Positions 20,296-29,799 of a DNA stretch of 64,000 nucleotides are shown piece by piece; the stretch's first letter is position 1; each line of letters starts with the position of its first letter. A program made the translations under genes and the position numbers. Location of the stretch: contig DASCPX010000059.1 of the NCBI GenBank assembly GCA_036012755.1, forward strand, positions 1-64,000. The letters are read 5' to 3'. The stretch comes from Myxococcota bacterium (GTDB lineage: Bacteria > Myxococcota_A > UBA796 > CAJQPC01). A model generated the notes under the pieces. That model was not told the DNA's origin. It made no database searches and was given only the letters and a program-made list of their open reading frames with translations.

Positions 20296-21300
20296 GTGCT
20301 CGCCGCCCTGCTCACCCTGTGGCTCGGCGTCTCCGATGTGGAGGCGCAGGAGTGGTCCAAGGTCGATCCGGCGATCGATCTGAGCCTGGCGCTGGAGCCG
20401 CCGACGGTTCCCATGCGCTACGTGTCGCTCGCTGGGACCTATGCGACGGTCCACGGACGCCCGAGGGACAAGGCCGCCCTGGAGCGCGTCGCCGAGCACG
20501 TGGCGGTCTCGATACCGGCGATCGCTGAGCGCCTCGGGATCGGGGCGGGCCCCACGATGAACATCTACCTGGCGGATGACGAGCAGGCCTTCGACCAGCT
20601 TCAGCCCGGTGTTCCTCCGGACTGGGCGGACGGAACCGCCTGGCCACAGCGCGGCCTGATCTACCTCAAGTCACCGCGCATCCGACCTGGGACAGCGAAG
20701 CCGCTGATGCAGGTCCTGGATCACGAGGTCACCCACGTGCTGCTCGGCCAGGCCTTCGGTCGGGAGCCCGTGCCGCGCTGGCTGCAGGAGGGTCTGGCCC
20801 AGTGGGTCGCCGGCGAGATCGGGCCTGACCTGCCCGCGCGTATCGGCCGCGGCGCCTGGCGAAGGGACCTCTACACGCTGGACGAGATCACCGCGGACTT
20901 CCCCGCGGACCCCAGCGACGCAGACCTCGCCTATGCCCAGTCGGCGGATCTCATCGCTTTCGTGGCCACCGAGTACGGTGAGGAGGCGATCCCGAACCTG
21001 GTGCAGGCCCTCGCGAGCGGGCGCCCCGTCAACGCCGCCTTTCTGGACGCCACGGGTGAGCTCGCCTCCGAGGTCGACCAGAAGTGGCGGGCGCGCCTGA
21101 GCTCTGGCTTCATCAGCTTCGCCCCGCTCGCGGACGACTTCGTCTGGCTCGGCCTGGCCGCGCCGCTGATCCTCATCGCCTTCTGGGGTAGGCGTCGCCG
21201 GAACAAGAAGGTGCTCGCTCTCTGGCAGGACCAGGAGCAGCGGGAAGACGACCGCTTGCGGAAGCTCCTGGGCATGTGGGATCATCCCACACAGAACTGA
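20296..21300 (+). CDS. Peptidase MA-like zinc metalloprotease with C-terminal TM
   Basis: HEVTH followed by 'VPRWLQEGLA' and 'LAYAQS'. Confidence 0.85.
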   Translation: MLAALLTLWLGVSDVEAQEWSKVDPAIDLSLALEPPTVPMRYVSLAGTYATVHGRPRDKAALERVAEHVAVSIPAIAERLGIGAGPTMNIYLADDEQAFDQLQPGVPPDWADGTAWPQRGLIYLKSPRIRPGTAKPLMQVLDHEVTHVLLGQAFGREPVPRWLQEGLAQWVAGEIGPDLPARIGRGAWRRDLYTLDEITADFPADPSDADLAYAQSADLIAFVATEYGEEAIPNLVQALASGRPVNAAFLDATGELASEVDQKWRARLSSGFISFAPLADDFVWLGLAAPLILIAFWGRRRRNKKVLALWQDQEQREDDRLRKLLGMWDHPTQN

Positions 21301-21311
21301 TTTGATACAGA

Positions 21312-21644
21312 CTAGTTCCAGCCGTCGCCAGGCGCTATGCGGAACGCTCTCCAGAGGCCGGCGTTGATGTCTGCTGGAGCAGCATACACCACCTCGACGT
21401 AGAGCTCCGCCGCTTCCGTGAGCGCGCGGATCAGCTCTGGCAGCGCCGGAGGTGCCGTCGCCACGACCAGACAGGTCTCGTCCAGCTCGACGGACAGGGG
21501 AAGAACGCGCCATCTCTCCAAGAGACGCCGAGGCAGCACGCCCTTCACATCCTCTGGGATCTCGTAGTCGTCGAGATCGACCCAGTCGGGGTTCGGAGCA
21601 GGCTCGAGGGCCAGGGTCCGTGTCGGTCGCTGTTGATCCGCCAT
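21312..21644 (-). CDS. Stand-alone GspE/PilB N-terminal (T2SSE_N-like) domain protein
   Basis: 'VDLDDYEIPEDVKGVLPRRLLERWRVLPL...LVVATA.P...VEVVYAAPADI'. Confidence 0.7.
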   Translation of the reverse strand: MADQQRPTRTLALEPAPNPDWVDLDDYEIPEDVKGVLPRRLLERWRVLPLSVELDETCLVVATAPPALPELIRALTEAAELYVEVVYAAPADINAGLWRAFRIAPGDGWN

Positions 21645-21726
21645 CGCCGACTCCGCAGGGTGAAGAAGACCCTACCGCACGTCGATCCGCCGACAAATGC
21701 AAAAACACGGACTGAAAACATCGGCG

Positions 21727-23904
21727 CTATTCCAGGTACCCCAGCGCCTGCAGGAGCAGGGAGTCCTCGGGGCGCAGTCCGCCTTGGTTTGCACCGTATC
21801 GGGCGTCGAACTCGAGGGCGGCGCCTTCCTCCTCTTCCAGCATTCGTGAGAACTCCCGGTCGAGCTCGCTGTCGCGCCGGGTTCGGCGCGTCTCGCAGGG
21901 ATCCTCCAAGAGATCGAAGGCCAGCGCCGTGTCGCCCTTGTTCCACGCTTTCGCACCCAACTCCAGCACCAGGGCCCGCTGCTGGGGCGCCTCTGGAGCC
22001 CAGGTGAAACGCAGCAGCGCCGAGGGTGCCGACCGGGGCTCCAGCTCCCCGCTCCCCAGCAGTGGCAGCAAGCTGCGGCCGTCGGCGTCCCCCAGCGGCT
22101 CCAGATCGAACAGCGCCAGGAGGGTCGGAGCGACGTCCGCCAGCGAGACCAGCTGGGTGCGGAGGCCCGAAGCGAGGCGCTCCGGGTGCCAGAACACGAG
22201 GGGGACCTGCAGCTGCGATTGGCTGAGGTTGGTCCCGTGGGAGGTGGCGCCGTGGTCGAAGAAGGCCTCGCCGTGGTCGGAGGTGAGCACCACGAGCGTG
22301 TCCTGGAGGAGCCCTCGCTCCCTCGCTTCTGCGAAGAAGGCCGCGAAGGTCGCGTCGGCCTCTTCGATCGCGGAGAGGTAGGCCTCGTGGCTGCGTCCGC
22401 TCTCTACGTAGTACTGGTGTACGTCGAGCAGGTGCAGGTACAGAAAGGCCGGTCGCTGCTGTTGTCCCCACCACTCCAAGGCCGTGGCGTAGATCTCCTC
22501 GTCGGTCGGGGTGTCCCCGTGCTCTCGGTCCAGACCCCAGTAGCGCGGCGCGTAGGCGGCCTCGAAGCCCCGGTCGAGGCCCGTGAGCGTGCTGCCCAGC
22601 GGGCTCGCAGCGAAGGATGCCGTGGCCCAGCCACCGCGTCGGAAGCGCTCCTGCACGAGCTCCAGTCCCTCTGGGACACGGTCGGTGATGGTCTGCGCGC
22701 CTACCCGGTGCCTGGTCGGCCAGACCCCGGACATCAGCGTCGGAATCGAGGGCTTCGTCCACGGGCTCGCGCTGTTCGTGAAGGCGAAGCGCACACCCTC
22801 GTCGGCGAGCCCCTGCCACGCGGGAGCTCGGCCCAGGTGGTCGTCACGCAGCGTGTCGACAAGGACGACCAGCACGCTCGGAGCGTCCTGTGGGGGTTCG
22901 CGCACGGCGAGGTCCCCGAACACGCCGACCCCCTCACCCTCGTAGCGCAGCTCGATCTCCGCCACGCCCTCGAGGGCGACCTCGAAGCGCTCTCCCCACC
23001 CGGCGCCGGTCGAGACGTGCTCCTCGCCGTTGACCACCACGGTGCGCTCGCCGTCGCCGAGACCGCCGTCGACCCAGCTCAAGACCCGTGGTCTCCCGTC
23101 GTCGGGAGGGAAGATCACCGAGACCCCGGGGTTGAGCACCCACGAGGGGCGCACGATCCCCTCCAGCTCGACGCGGTCGATGCTCGCTCGCTCGCCCCGC
23201 CAGGCGGCCAGCGGATGGAGCAGCTCGAGCGAGTCGATCCCGGCCGAGATCTCGAGCGCGCACAGCTCGCCTTCGCTGTCCCAGCCGCCTCGGAGGACCT
23301 CTGCGATATCGACCTCGACGACCACGCCGGCCTCGGACGGGACCACGACCGATCGCATCCGCCGATCGTCCTCGTCTATCGCCGGACCTCGCCCGGCAAC
23401 GACAAGGACCTGCCCGCCGCTCGACGACGTGAAACGCACCAACCCGGGCGCCCGACAGCCCTCCAGCTGCGCGCGCCCCTCGACGACCTCCAGGAGCTCG
23501 ACCTCCGCGCTCGGCTGGGGTCCCTCGATCTCGGCCGAAGGCATCGGCCGGAAGCCGTCGGGCGCGCCCCACTCGCCGCGGGGTGGGTGAGCGGGGACCT
23601 GCTCGGCGGGGAGTTCTCCGGCGAGGCATGCCGGGGCCTCGAAGACCACCCGCTCCCCGGCGAAGCTGGCGCCGAGCAGCAGCACCGCGGTGATCCCGGC
23701 CAGGGCCCGGGCGCCCGCCGCCACCGCAGGAAGGCCAAGGACCATGGGCAGCCAGATCCAGCCCGGCGCGGGGCGGGTGAGTCCGACCACGAGGAGCCCG
23801 ACGAGGAGCAGACCCAGCGCGAGGCGGGCGCGGGGACCGAGGCGCGCGGCCCCGAGTGCGCAAGCGACTCCGGCCAGCGCGAGCAGCAGAGGAGTGAGGA
23901 CCAT
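21727..23904 (-). CDS. Membrane-anchored sulfatase-like hydrolase/transferase
   Basis: N-terminal TMs; 'VDTLRDDHL', 'SPWTKPS', 'FLYLHLLDVH', 'TSDHGEAF.DHG', 'SLADVAPT'. Confidence 0.85.
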   Translation of the reverse strand: MVLTPLLLALAGVACALGAARLGPRARLALGLLLVGLLVVGLTRPAPGWIWLPMVLGLPAVAAGARALAGITAVLLLGASFAGERVVFEAPACLAGELPAEQVPAHPPRGEWGAPDGFRPMPSAEIEGPQPSAEVELLEVVEGRAQLEGCRAPGLVRFTSSSGGQVLVVAGRGPAIDEDDRRMRSVVVPSEAGVVVEVDIAEVLRGGWDSEGELCALEISAGIDSLELLHPLAAWRGERASIDRVELEGIVRPSWVLNPGVSVIFPPDDGRPRVLSWVDGGLGDGERTVVVNGEEHVSTGAGWGERFEVALEGVAEIELRYEGEGVGVFGDLAVREPPQDAPSVLVVLVDTLRDDHLGRAPAWQGLADEGVRFAFTNSASPWTKPSIPTLMSGVWPTRHRVGAQTITDRVPEGLELVQERFRRGGWATASFAASPLGSTLTGLDRGFEAAYAPRYWGLDREHGDTPTDEEIYATALEWWGQQQRPAFLYLHLLDVHQYYVESGRSHEAYLSAIEEADATFAAFFAEARERGLLQDTLVVLTSDHGEAFFDHGATSHGTNLSQSQLQVPLVFWHPERLASGLRTQLVSLADVAPTLLALFDLEPLGDADGRSLLPLLGSGELEPRSAPSALLRFTWAPEAPQQRALVLELGAKAWNKGDTALAFDLLEDPCETRRTRRDSELDREFSRMLEEEEGAALEFDARYGANQGGLRPEDSLLLQALGYLE

Positions 23905-23931
23905 CGGATGGGAGCGTTATCATCCCCGGCG

Positions 23932-24645
23932 ATGCTGCCCTTGCTGTTGCTGAACGTTGCCTGCGTCGACAAACTGGAGGCACCGCCTCCGCTTCCCACC
24001 AGGCCGAACCGGATGGACACGGTGACCAGCGGCGACGTGGATCTGGAAGAGGGGCGAAACCAGCCCCCGAAGTTCCTCAAGGTCGTGCTGGTCGGGGCAA
24101 GGAACGCCGAGTCGGCCGCCGGGGTGAACTACGAGGTGGTGGATCCAGAGGGACAGATGGTCCGCACGGACATCAAGTGGTTCGTAGACGACGCCAGGGT
24201 CTCGGGGGAGGAGAGCTTCACGCTCGCCTCCAGCTTCTTCAGCTCCGGCCAGCGCGTGTATGCCGAGCTCGTCGCGAACGATGGAGTCAACAGGGTCACC
24301 CGCCGCACCGACCAGCGGACTGTCGGCAACCAGCGCCCGACGATCGAGATGAGCGGCGCGAACGTCTCTGTTGTCGATGGCCTCCAGGTGAAGGCCAGCG
24401 ACCCCGACGGCGACGCGCTCCTGTACCGCCTCGAAGACGGTCCGCCGGGCATGAGGGTCGACGCCGAGGGCGTCATTCACTGGACCGGTGCCGTCGAGAC
24501 AGAGGGGAGCTGGCGACCGAAGGTCATCGTGAGCGACGGCCACGGCGAAGAAGCCACCTGGGAGTTCAGCGTCGATGTGTCCGCCGGCGCCGAGGAGCGC
24601 AACATGAGCACCTCAGAGGCCCGAGGGGAAGGCCTCATCGAGTGA
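23932..24645 (+). CDS. Lipoprotein with Ig/cadherin-like domains
   Basis: MLPLLLLNVAC; 'ASDPDGDALLYRL..GPPGMRVD..GVIHW'. Confidence 0.75.
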   Translation: MLPLLLLNVACVDKLEAPPPLPTRPNRMDTVTSGDVDLEEGRNQPPKFLKVVLVGARNAESAAGVNYEVVDPEGQMVRTDIKWFVDDARVSGEESFTLASSFFSSGQRVYAELVANDGVNRVTRRTDQRTVGNQRPTIEMSGANVSVVDGLQVKASDPDGDALLYRLEDGPPGMRVDAEGVIHWTGAVETEGSWRPKVIVSDGHGEEATWEFSVDVSAGAEERNMSTSEARGEGLIE

Positions 24646-24658
24646 CTCGCGCGGTCGC

Positions 24659-25351
24659 TCAGCTGGTCCAGGTGTCCGAGTCGACGTAGACGAGGTCGTC
24701 CGTGCCCAGCTCTTCCAGCTCACCATCGTCTCCCGCGCCGACCTCGAGCCGGCACCGCTCGATGGCTCCGCAGATGCTGTCGACCAGCGGCTCCAGGAGC
24801 CCCACACCAGGCAGGACGACATCGGCGTATGTCCGGCAGGGTTCGACATAGCGGATGTGCATCGGGCGGACGGTTGTGAGCCACCTGCCGAGGACCTCTT
24901 CGATGTCCCGAGCGCGCGTCGCGACGTCCCGTCGAATGCGCCGAGCGAGGCGGAGATCGTCGGGGGTGTCGACGAAGATCATGAGGTCGAACAGCGCCCG
25001 CAGGTCCTCGTCCTCCAAGGCCAGGATGCCCTCTACGATGATGGTCGGCTGCGCCTCGGTGGTGACGGCTTCGGGCTTGCGGGTGTGGCTGGAGAAGTCG
25101 TAGTCGGGCAGCTCGGCGGCCTGGCCGGCTCGGAGCGTGCGGACGTGCTCGACCAGGAGCGACGTCTCCAGGGCGTCGGGGTGATCGTAGTTGAAGGTCG
25201 AGGGGTTCTCTACGTCGTGGTAGTAGCGATCGTGTGTGATCAACAGGCACTCGCTGCTCCCCAGCGCTGCCACCACCTTTCGCGCGAGAGTGGTCTTCCC
25301 GCTGGCGGTCCCACCTGCGATGCCCACGACCACGATGTTCGTATCGACCAT
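24659..25351 (-). CDS. udk: Uridine kinase
   Basis: 'GIAGGTASGKTT', 'NYDHPDA', 'IIVEGIL', 'RLARRIRRD', 'VRPMH..YVEP'. Confidence 0.92.
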   Translation of the reverse strand: MVDTNIVVVGIAGGTASGKTTLARKVVAALGSSECLLITHDRYYHDVENPSTFNYDHPDALETSLLVEHVRTLRAGQAAELPDYDFSSHTRKPEAVTTEAQPTIIVEGILALEDEDLRALFDLMIFVDTPDDLRLARRIRRDVATRARDIEEVLGRWLTTVRPMHIRYVEPCRTYADVVLPGVGLLEPLVDSICGAIERCRLEVGAGDDGELEELGTDDLVYVDSDTWTS

Positions 25352-25360
25352 GACCTGTCC

Positions 25361-25690
25361 TTATCCGACCTTGACCTGAGCCTCGAATCGCCCTCCCGGA
25401 CGCACCTCGAGGAGCTTCGCGGCGACCTCGCCCCGCGCGAGACCACCTGGCTGGACGACGAGCAGCTCGCGCACGGTGAGCTTGCCCACGACCGTTCCCG
25501 CCAGCACGACCACCGCGGCGTCGACCTCGCCCTCGATGCGCCCTTCGGGTCCCACCTCCAAGACCTCTTCGGTGTAGACCCGCCCGCGGAAGAGCCCATC
25601 GATGCGCACCCGACCCTCGAAGGACAGATCCCCTTCGTACACCGCGCCGCTGCCGAGCAGGGCGTTGAGCGGCCCGTCGGAGAGGTTCAC
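25361..25690 (-). CDS. Bactofilin (polymer-forming cytoskeletal protein)
   Basis: 'LLGSGAVYEGDLSFEGRVRIDG.F.G', 'IEGEV', 'GGRFE'; lies directly after parB. Confidence 0.9.
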   Translation of the reverse strand: MNLSDGPLNALLGSGAVYEGDLSFEGRVRIDGLFRGRVYTEEVLEVGPEGRIEGEVDAAVVVLAGTVVGKLTVRELLVVQPGGLARGEVAAKLLEVRPGGRFEAQVKVG

Positions 25691-26535
25691 GCTCGCAGCC
25701 TCTCGAGGAGCCGCTCCAGCTCCTCGCTGGAGTAGGCCTCGATCGTGATGCGGGCTCCGCCTCCGCGCTTGCCGCTCACCTGCACCCTGGTCCCCAGGCT
25801 GCGGGTGAGCTCCTCTCCGAGGCGAAGGAGGTCCTTGTTCACGCTTCTCTTCTTGGACTTCGGCGACTTCTTGGCCTTCACGAGGGCCTCTGTCGCCCGC
25901 ACGCTCAGATCCCCGGCGACCACCCGCGCTGCGACGGCGAGCATGTCCGCGTGGTTGCCGAGGCCCAGGAGCGCCTTGGCGTGGCCCGTGCTCAGGCGAC
26001 CGCCCTGGATGAGCGCCAGCACCTTGGACGGCAGCTTCAAGAGGCGGAGGCTGTTCGCGACCGTCGAGCGGTCCTTTGCGACCTTGGCGGCGATCTCCTC
26101 CTGCGTGAACCCGAAGGCCCGCTGAAGCCGCTTGTAGCCCCTGGCTGCCTCCACCGGGTCGAGGTCCTCTCGCTGGAGGTTCTCTACGAGGGCGAGCTCC
26201 AGCTGCACCTCGGCCTCCGAGGCGTCGTCACGGACGATCACCGGGACCTCGTCCAGTCCCGCCAGCCCTGCGGCGCGGAGGCGGCGCTCGCCTGCGATCA
26301 GCACGTAGCCGCCGCCGGGACGTGGGCGGACGACCAGCGGGCTGATCACACCATGTGTCTTCAGGGACTCGGCGAGCTCTGCGAGGCGCTCGAAGTTCGC
26401 CCTGGGCTGCTCGGGGTTCGGCTGGATCTCACCGAGCGGGACGCTCCTGACGAGCTCGGTGGGCGCAGCGACGTCCTCGGCGAGCAGATCGTCCGGGATG
26501 AGCGCGGAGAGGCCGCGGCCAAGGGAGGGGTTCAT
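25687..26535 (-). CDS. parB: Chromosome partitioning protein ParB
   Basis: 'LGRGLSALI', 'PNPEQPR', 'IAGERRLRA', 'ENLQREDL', HTH 'RSTVANSLRLL'. Confidence 0.97.
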   Translation of the reverse strand: MNPSLGRGLSALIPDDLLAEDVAAPTELVRSVPLGEIQPNPEQPRANFERLAELAESLKTHGVISPLVVRPRPGGGYVLIAGERRLRAAGLAGLDEVPVIVRDDASEAEVQLELALVENLQREDLDPVEAARGYKRLQRAFGFTQEEIAAKVAKDRSTVANSLRLLKLPSKVLALIQGGRLSTGHAKALLGLGNHADMLAVAARVVAGDLSVRATEALVKAKKSPKSKKRSVNKDLLRLGEELTRSLGTRVQVSGKRGGGARITIEAYSSEELERLLERLRA

Positions 26536-27320
26536 GCGGAGGCCTCGAGCAGGTGGGAGTGGTTCTTTCGGATGAGCTCCGAGGCGAGGGCCAGGTAGGC
26601 GTTCGCGCCGACGCTCCTGGGCTCGTATCCCAGGATGGGCTCTCCGTGCGAGGGTGCCTCGCTCAGACGCACGTTCCTGGGGATGACCTCGTCGAAGACC
26701 TCGTCACCGAACATGTCGCGGAGCTCTCCGCAGACAGCACGGCAGAGGCGGCTGCGGGGATCGTGCATGGTGATGACGATGCCCTCTCGTACGAGCCGCG
26801 GGTTCAGGGCCTTCCGCACCTTGGCCATGGTGCGCATCAGCGCGCCGAGGCCCTCCAGGGCGAAGTACTCCCCCTGGACGGGGACGAGCACGCTGTCCGC
26901 GGCCGCCAGGACGTTGACTGTGAGCATGCCGAGGCTGGGCGGTCCGTCTGTGACCACGAAGTCGTAGAAACTGCTGAGGTCGCCGAAGGCCTCTCTCAGC
27001 CGAAGCTGGGCGCGAGGCAGGCCGTACATCTCGATCTCCGCGCCGACCAGCGCCTCTGTCGCCGGGACGATGTCGAGCCCTTCGATGGAGGTCCCGTAGG
27101 TGACCTCGTGGAGCCGCTTGTCACCGAGCAGCATGTCGTAGGAGCCGACCTCGGCGAGGTCCATCGCGCACCCCACGCCGGAGCTCGCGTTCCCCTGGGG
27201 GTCGAGGTCGACGAGCAGGGTCGGGTGGCCGAGGTGCGCGAGGCTGGCAGCCAGGTTGACGGCCGTCGTCGTCTTTCCGACGCCGCCTTTCTGGTTCGAG
27301 ACCGCAAGGACGTGGGGCAT
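26532..27320 (-). CDS. parA: Chromosome partitioning ATPase ParA/Soj
   Basis: 'NQKGGVGKTTT', 'DLDPQGNAS', 'EYFALEG', 'IPRNVRLSEAPSHG'. Confidence 0.97.
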   Translation of the reverse strand: MPHVLAVSNQKGGVGKTTTAVNLAASLAHLGHPTLLVDLDPQGNASSGVGCAMDLAEVGSYDMLLGDKRLHEVTYGTSIEGLDIVPATEALVGAEIEMYGLPRAQLRLREAFGDLSSFYDFVVTDGPPSLGMLTVNVLAAADSVLVPVQGEYFALEGLGALMRTMAKVRKALNPRLVREGIVITMHDPRSRLCRAVCGELRDMFGDEVFDEVIPRNVRLSEAPSHGEPILGYEPRSVGANAYLALASELIRKNHSHLLEASA

Positions 27321-27383
27321 GTGGTGTCGCCGGTGGGGAGGGGGCGGGGGTGGCTCAGCGAGCGCCGAGCCGGGGGGACTCGA

Positions 27384-27416
27384 ACTGTAGCGAGTTGCTC
27401 TTGACAACGCAAGAGC
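27384..27416 (-). promoter_or_regulatory. Candidate sigma70 promoter for parA with overlapping inverted repeat
   Basis: TTGCGT-17 nt-TACAGT on the minus strand; GCTCTTG-N6-CAAGAGC (27397-27416) overlaps the -35 box. Confidence 0.5.
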
Positions 27417-27424
27417 GCTGACCA

Positions 27425-27952
27425 TCAGCTGGCCTTGCGATACCCGACGGCGGCCCGTGGTCGTCCCTGGACCGCGTAGTGTTCCACGTGGAACATCTCG
27501 AGCCCATCGAGTTCCGGCGGCTCCCCTCGGGCGAGGAGACAGACCGCGGTCCCCCCGGGACAGAGGAGCCGACGCGCGTCCGCGAGGAAGGCCGGCGGTG
27601 GCCTGTAGGCCCTCGAGATCACGCCGTCGAAGCTGCTGTCTTCGAGACTCTCCGTGCGGAGGCACGCGACCGAGAGCCTCGCTGTCCCGGCCGCGACCTG
27701 TTCCAGGAAGGCAGCGCGCTTGGAGCGCGACTCGACGAGGACGACCTCTATGTCGGGATGGTGCGCCGCCAGCGCCACCCCGGGAAACCCAGCGCCGCTG
27801 CCGAGGTCCGCCCAGCGCCCCGTGGGTGAGAGCCAGGAGACGGCCTGCCTGGCGTCGTCGAAGTGAGGCTCCAGCGGGCCCGGGCCGACGAGGTCCATCG
27901 CCCCGCGCCAGCGCGTCAGGAGTCGGTGGTGCTCTCGCTCCAGCGGCGTCAA
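27425..27952 (-). CDS. rsmG: 16S rRNA m7G527 methyltransferase
   Basis: 'DLGSGAGFPG', 'LVESRSKRAAFL', 'ISRA'; lies between mnmG and parA. Confidence 0.9.
   Translation of the reverse strand: MTPLEREHHRLLTRWRGAMDLVGPGPLEPHFDDARQAVSWLSPTGRWADLGSGAGFPGVALAAHHPDIEVVLVESRSKRAAFLEQVAAGTARLSVACLRTESLEDSSFDGVISRAYRPPPAFLADARRLLCPGGTAVCLLARGEPPELDGLEMFHVEHYAVQGRPRAAVGYRKAS
27480..27495. promoter_or_regulatory. parS site (inside rsmG)
   Basis: Perfect palindrome TGTTCCACGTGGAACA. Confidence 0.9.
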
Positions 27953-29781
27953 CGCTTCCTCGAGAGGTGGGCGGCCAGCGTGTTGACGGCCGCTGGAGTG
28001 ACGCCCGGGAGCCTGCTCGCGGACTGCAGGTTCTCCGGGCGGGCTCGGAGGAGGCGCTCGCGAGCCTCGTTGGAGAGGCCAGGGATGGTGCTGAAGTCGA
28101 CGTCGTCCAGCCGCACCCGCCCCAGGCGGCGGGCCTGCGCCGCCCGAGCCTCCTCGCGGCGGATGTAGCCGGCGTACTTGACGTCGGTCTCGACCTGTTC
28201 GGCGACCTCTGGAGGGAGAGCCGGGAGATCGATGACCTCAGCGAGGCGTCTCCAGCTCGCTTTGGGCCGCCGCATCAGCTCGAAGCCGGTCGCTGGAGTT
28301 CGTATCGTGCCGAGTCCCGCCGCTTCGATTCGGGCACGCCCCTGGGCGTCGGGGACGAGCCGCGCTGACTCGAGCCGCTCGAGTCCGTGTGCGATGGCCC
28401 GGCTCCTCGCTTCGAACGCGCGCCACTCAGTGTCCTCGACGAGCCCCGCTTCGCGACCGAGGGGCATCAGGCGGCGGTCTGCGTTGTCCTCTCTGAGGAT
28501 CAACCTGTGCTCCGCCCTTGACGAGAACATCCGGTACGGTTCTCCGCCGACGCCGCGGGTGACGAGGTCGTCCACCAGGACCCCCGCGTAGGCCTGCTCC
28601 CGGCCGAGACGCAGCGGAGAGCCTGCCGCCGCGAGGCCGGCGAGGAGACCCTGGATGCCAGCCTCCTCGTAGCCGGAGGTCCCGTTGACCTGGCCGGCGA
28701 GGTAGAGGCCTGGAACCTCGCGGTGCTGGAGATCGTGAGCCAGATCCCTGGGATCGTTGAAGTCGTACTCGACCGCGTAGCCCCACTGCAGCACCTCGGC
28801 GTCCTCGAGCCCGGGGATGCTGCGCACGGCCGCGAGCTGGACCTCGACAGGCAGAGACGTGCTCAAGCCGTTGACATAGACTCGCTCCGAGTCGTGGGAC
28901 TCCGGCTCGAGGAAGAGCTGGTGTCTCTTCCGATCCGGGAAGCGTGCGATCTTGTCCTCGATCGAGGGGCAGTGACGCGGCCCGCTCCCCTTGATGGCGC
29001 CAGAGTACATCGCGCTCGACGCAAGATTGTGTCGAATGATGTCGTGCGTCCGATCGTTGGTGTGGGCGATCCAGCACGAGAGCGGGGGGAGTCTCCGAGC
29101 CGGGGGGGTGAACGAGAAACAACCATCTGTGTGTGGTTGTTCCTTCAGCCTGCTCCAGTCGACGCTGGAGGCACACAGTCTCGGTGGTGTACCTGTCTTC
29201 AGGCGGCCGAGGCGAAGCCCGAGCGCGGACAGCTCTTTGGAGAGCGCGTGGGCCGCGCCGTCTTCGATGCGCCCGCCTTTCTGTCGCTCCTTGCCCCGGT
29301 GCAGGAGCCCACCCAGGAAGGTGCCGGTCGTGAGGATGACGGCACCAGCCCACAGCTGGCGGTCCGCCAGGCGGACACCGGCGACCTTCCCTCCACGAAG
29401 CAGGAGCCCCAGGGCTTCTCCCTCGACGATCTCGAGCCCAGCGATGGCGTCCAGGCGGCGTTGCATCTCCCGTGGGTACTGGAGGGTGTCCACCTGGGCG
29501 CGGCTGGACCGCACCGCGAGCCCCTTTCGTGTGTTGAGGCGTCGGAACTGCACCGTCGTGGCGTCCGCGACCTTCGCCATGAGTCCGCCGAGGGCGTCGA
29601 GCTCGCGCACGAGGCAGCCCTTTGCGATCCCACCGATGGCCGGGTTGCAGGAGAGGCGCCCGATGTGCTCCCGGTGGAAGGTCACCATCGCGACCCGACG
29701 CCCCACGCGCGCCGCGGCGGCGGCGGCCTCGCAGCCAGCGTGTCCTGCGCCGACGACGATGATGTCGAAGGTGGTGCTCAC
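27949..29781 (-). CDS. mnmG: tRNA U34 carboxymethylaminomethyl modification enzyme MnmG/GidA
   Basis: 'VGAGHAGCEAA', 'SCNPAIGG', 'RLKTGTPPR', 'CPSIEDK', 'AGQVNGTSGYEEA', 'EPYRMFSSRAE'. Confidence 0.97.
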   Translation of the reverse strand: MSTTFDIIVVGAGHAGCEAAAAAARVGRRVAMVTFHREHIGRLSCNPAIGGIAKGCLVRELDALGGLMAKVADATTVQFRRLNTRKGLAVRSSRAQVDTLQYPREMQRRLDAIAGLEIVEGEALGLLLRGGKVAGVRLADRQLWAGAVILTTGTFLGGLLHRGKERQKGGRIEDGAAHALSKELSALGLRLGRLKTGTPPRLCASSVDWSRLKEQPHTDGCFSFTPPARRLPPLSCWIAHTNDRTHDIIRHNLASSAMYSGAIKGSGPRHCPSIEDKIARFPDRKRHQLFLEPESHDSERVYVNGLSTSLPVEVQLAAVRSIPGLEDAEVLQWGYAVEYDFNDPRDLAHDLQHREVPGLYLAGQVNGTSGYEEAGIQGLLAGLAAAGSPLRLGREQAYAGVLVDDLVTRGVGGEPYRMFSSRAEHRLILREDNADRRLMPLGREAGLVEDTEWRAFEARSRAIAHGLERLESARLVPDAQGRARIEAAGLGTIRTPATGFELMRRPKASWRRLAEVIDLPALPPEVAEQVETDVKYAGYIRREEARAAQARRLGRVRLDDVDFSTIPGLSNEARERLLRARPENLQSASRLPGVTPAAVNTLAAHLSRKR

Positions 29782-29799
29782 CGCCTCGGAATAGGACCC

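Noticed and set aside
27332..27377. G-run cluster in the parA leader (possible G-quadruplex)
   Set aside because: G-runs are common at this GC content, the fourth long run is distant, and there is no supporting evidence.
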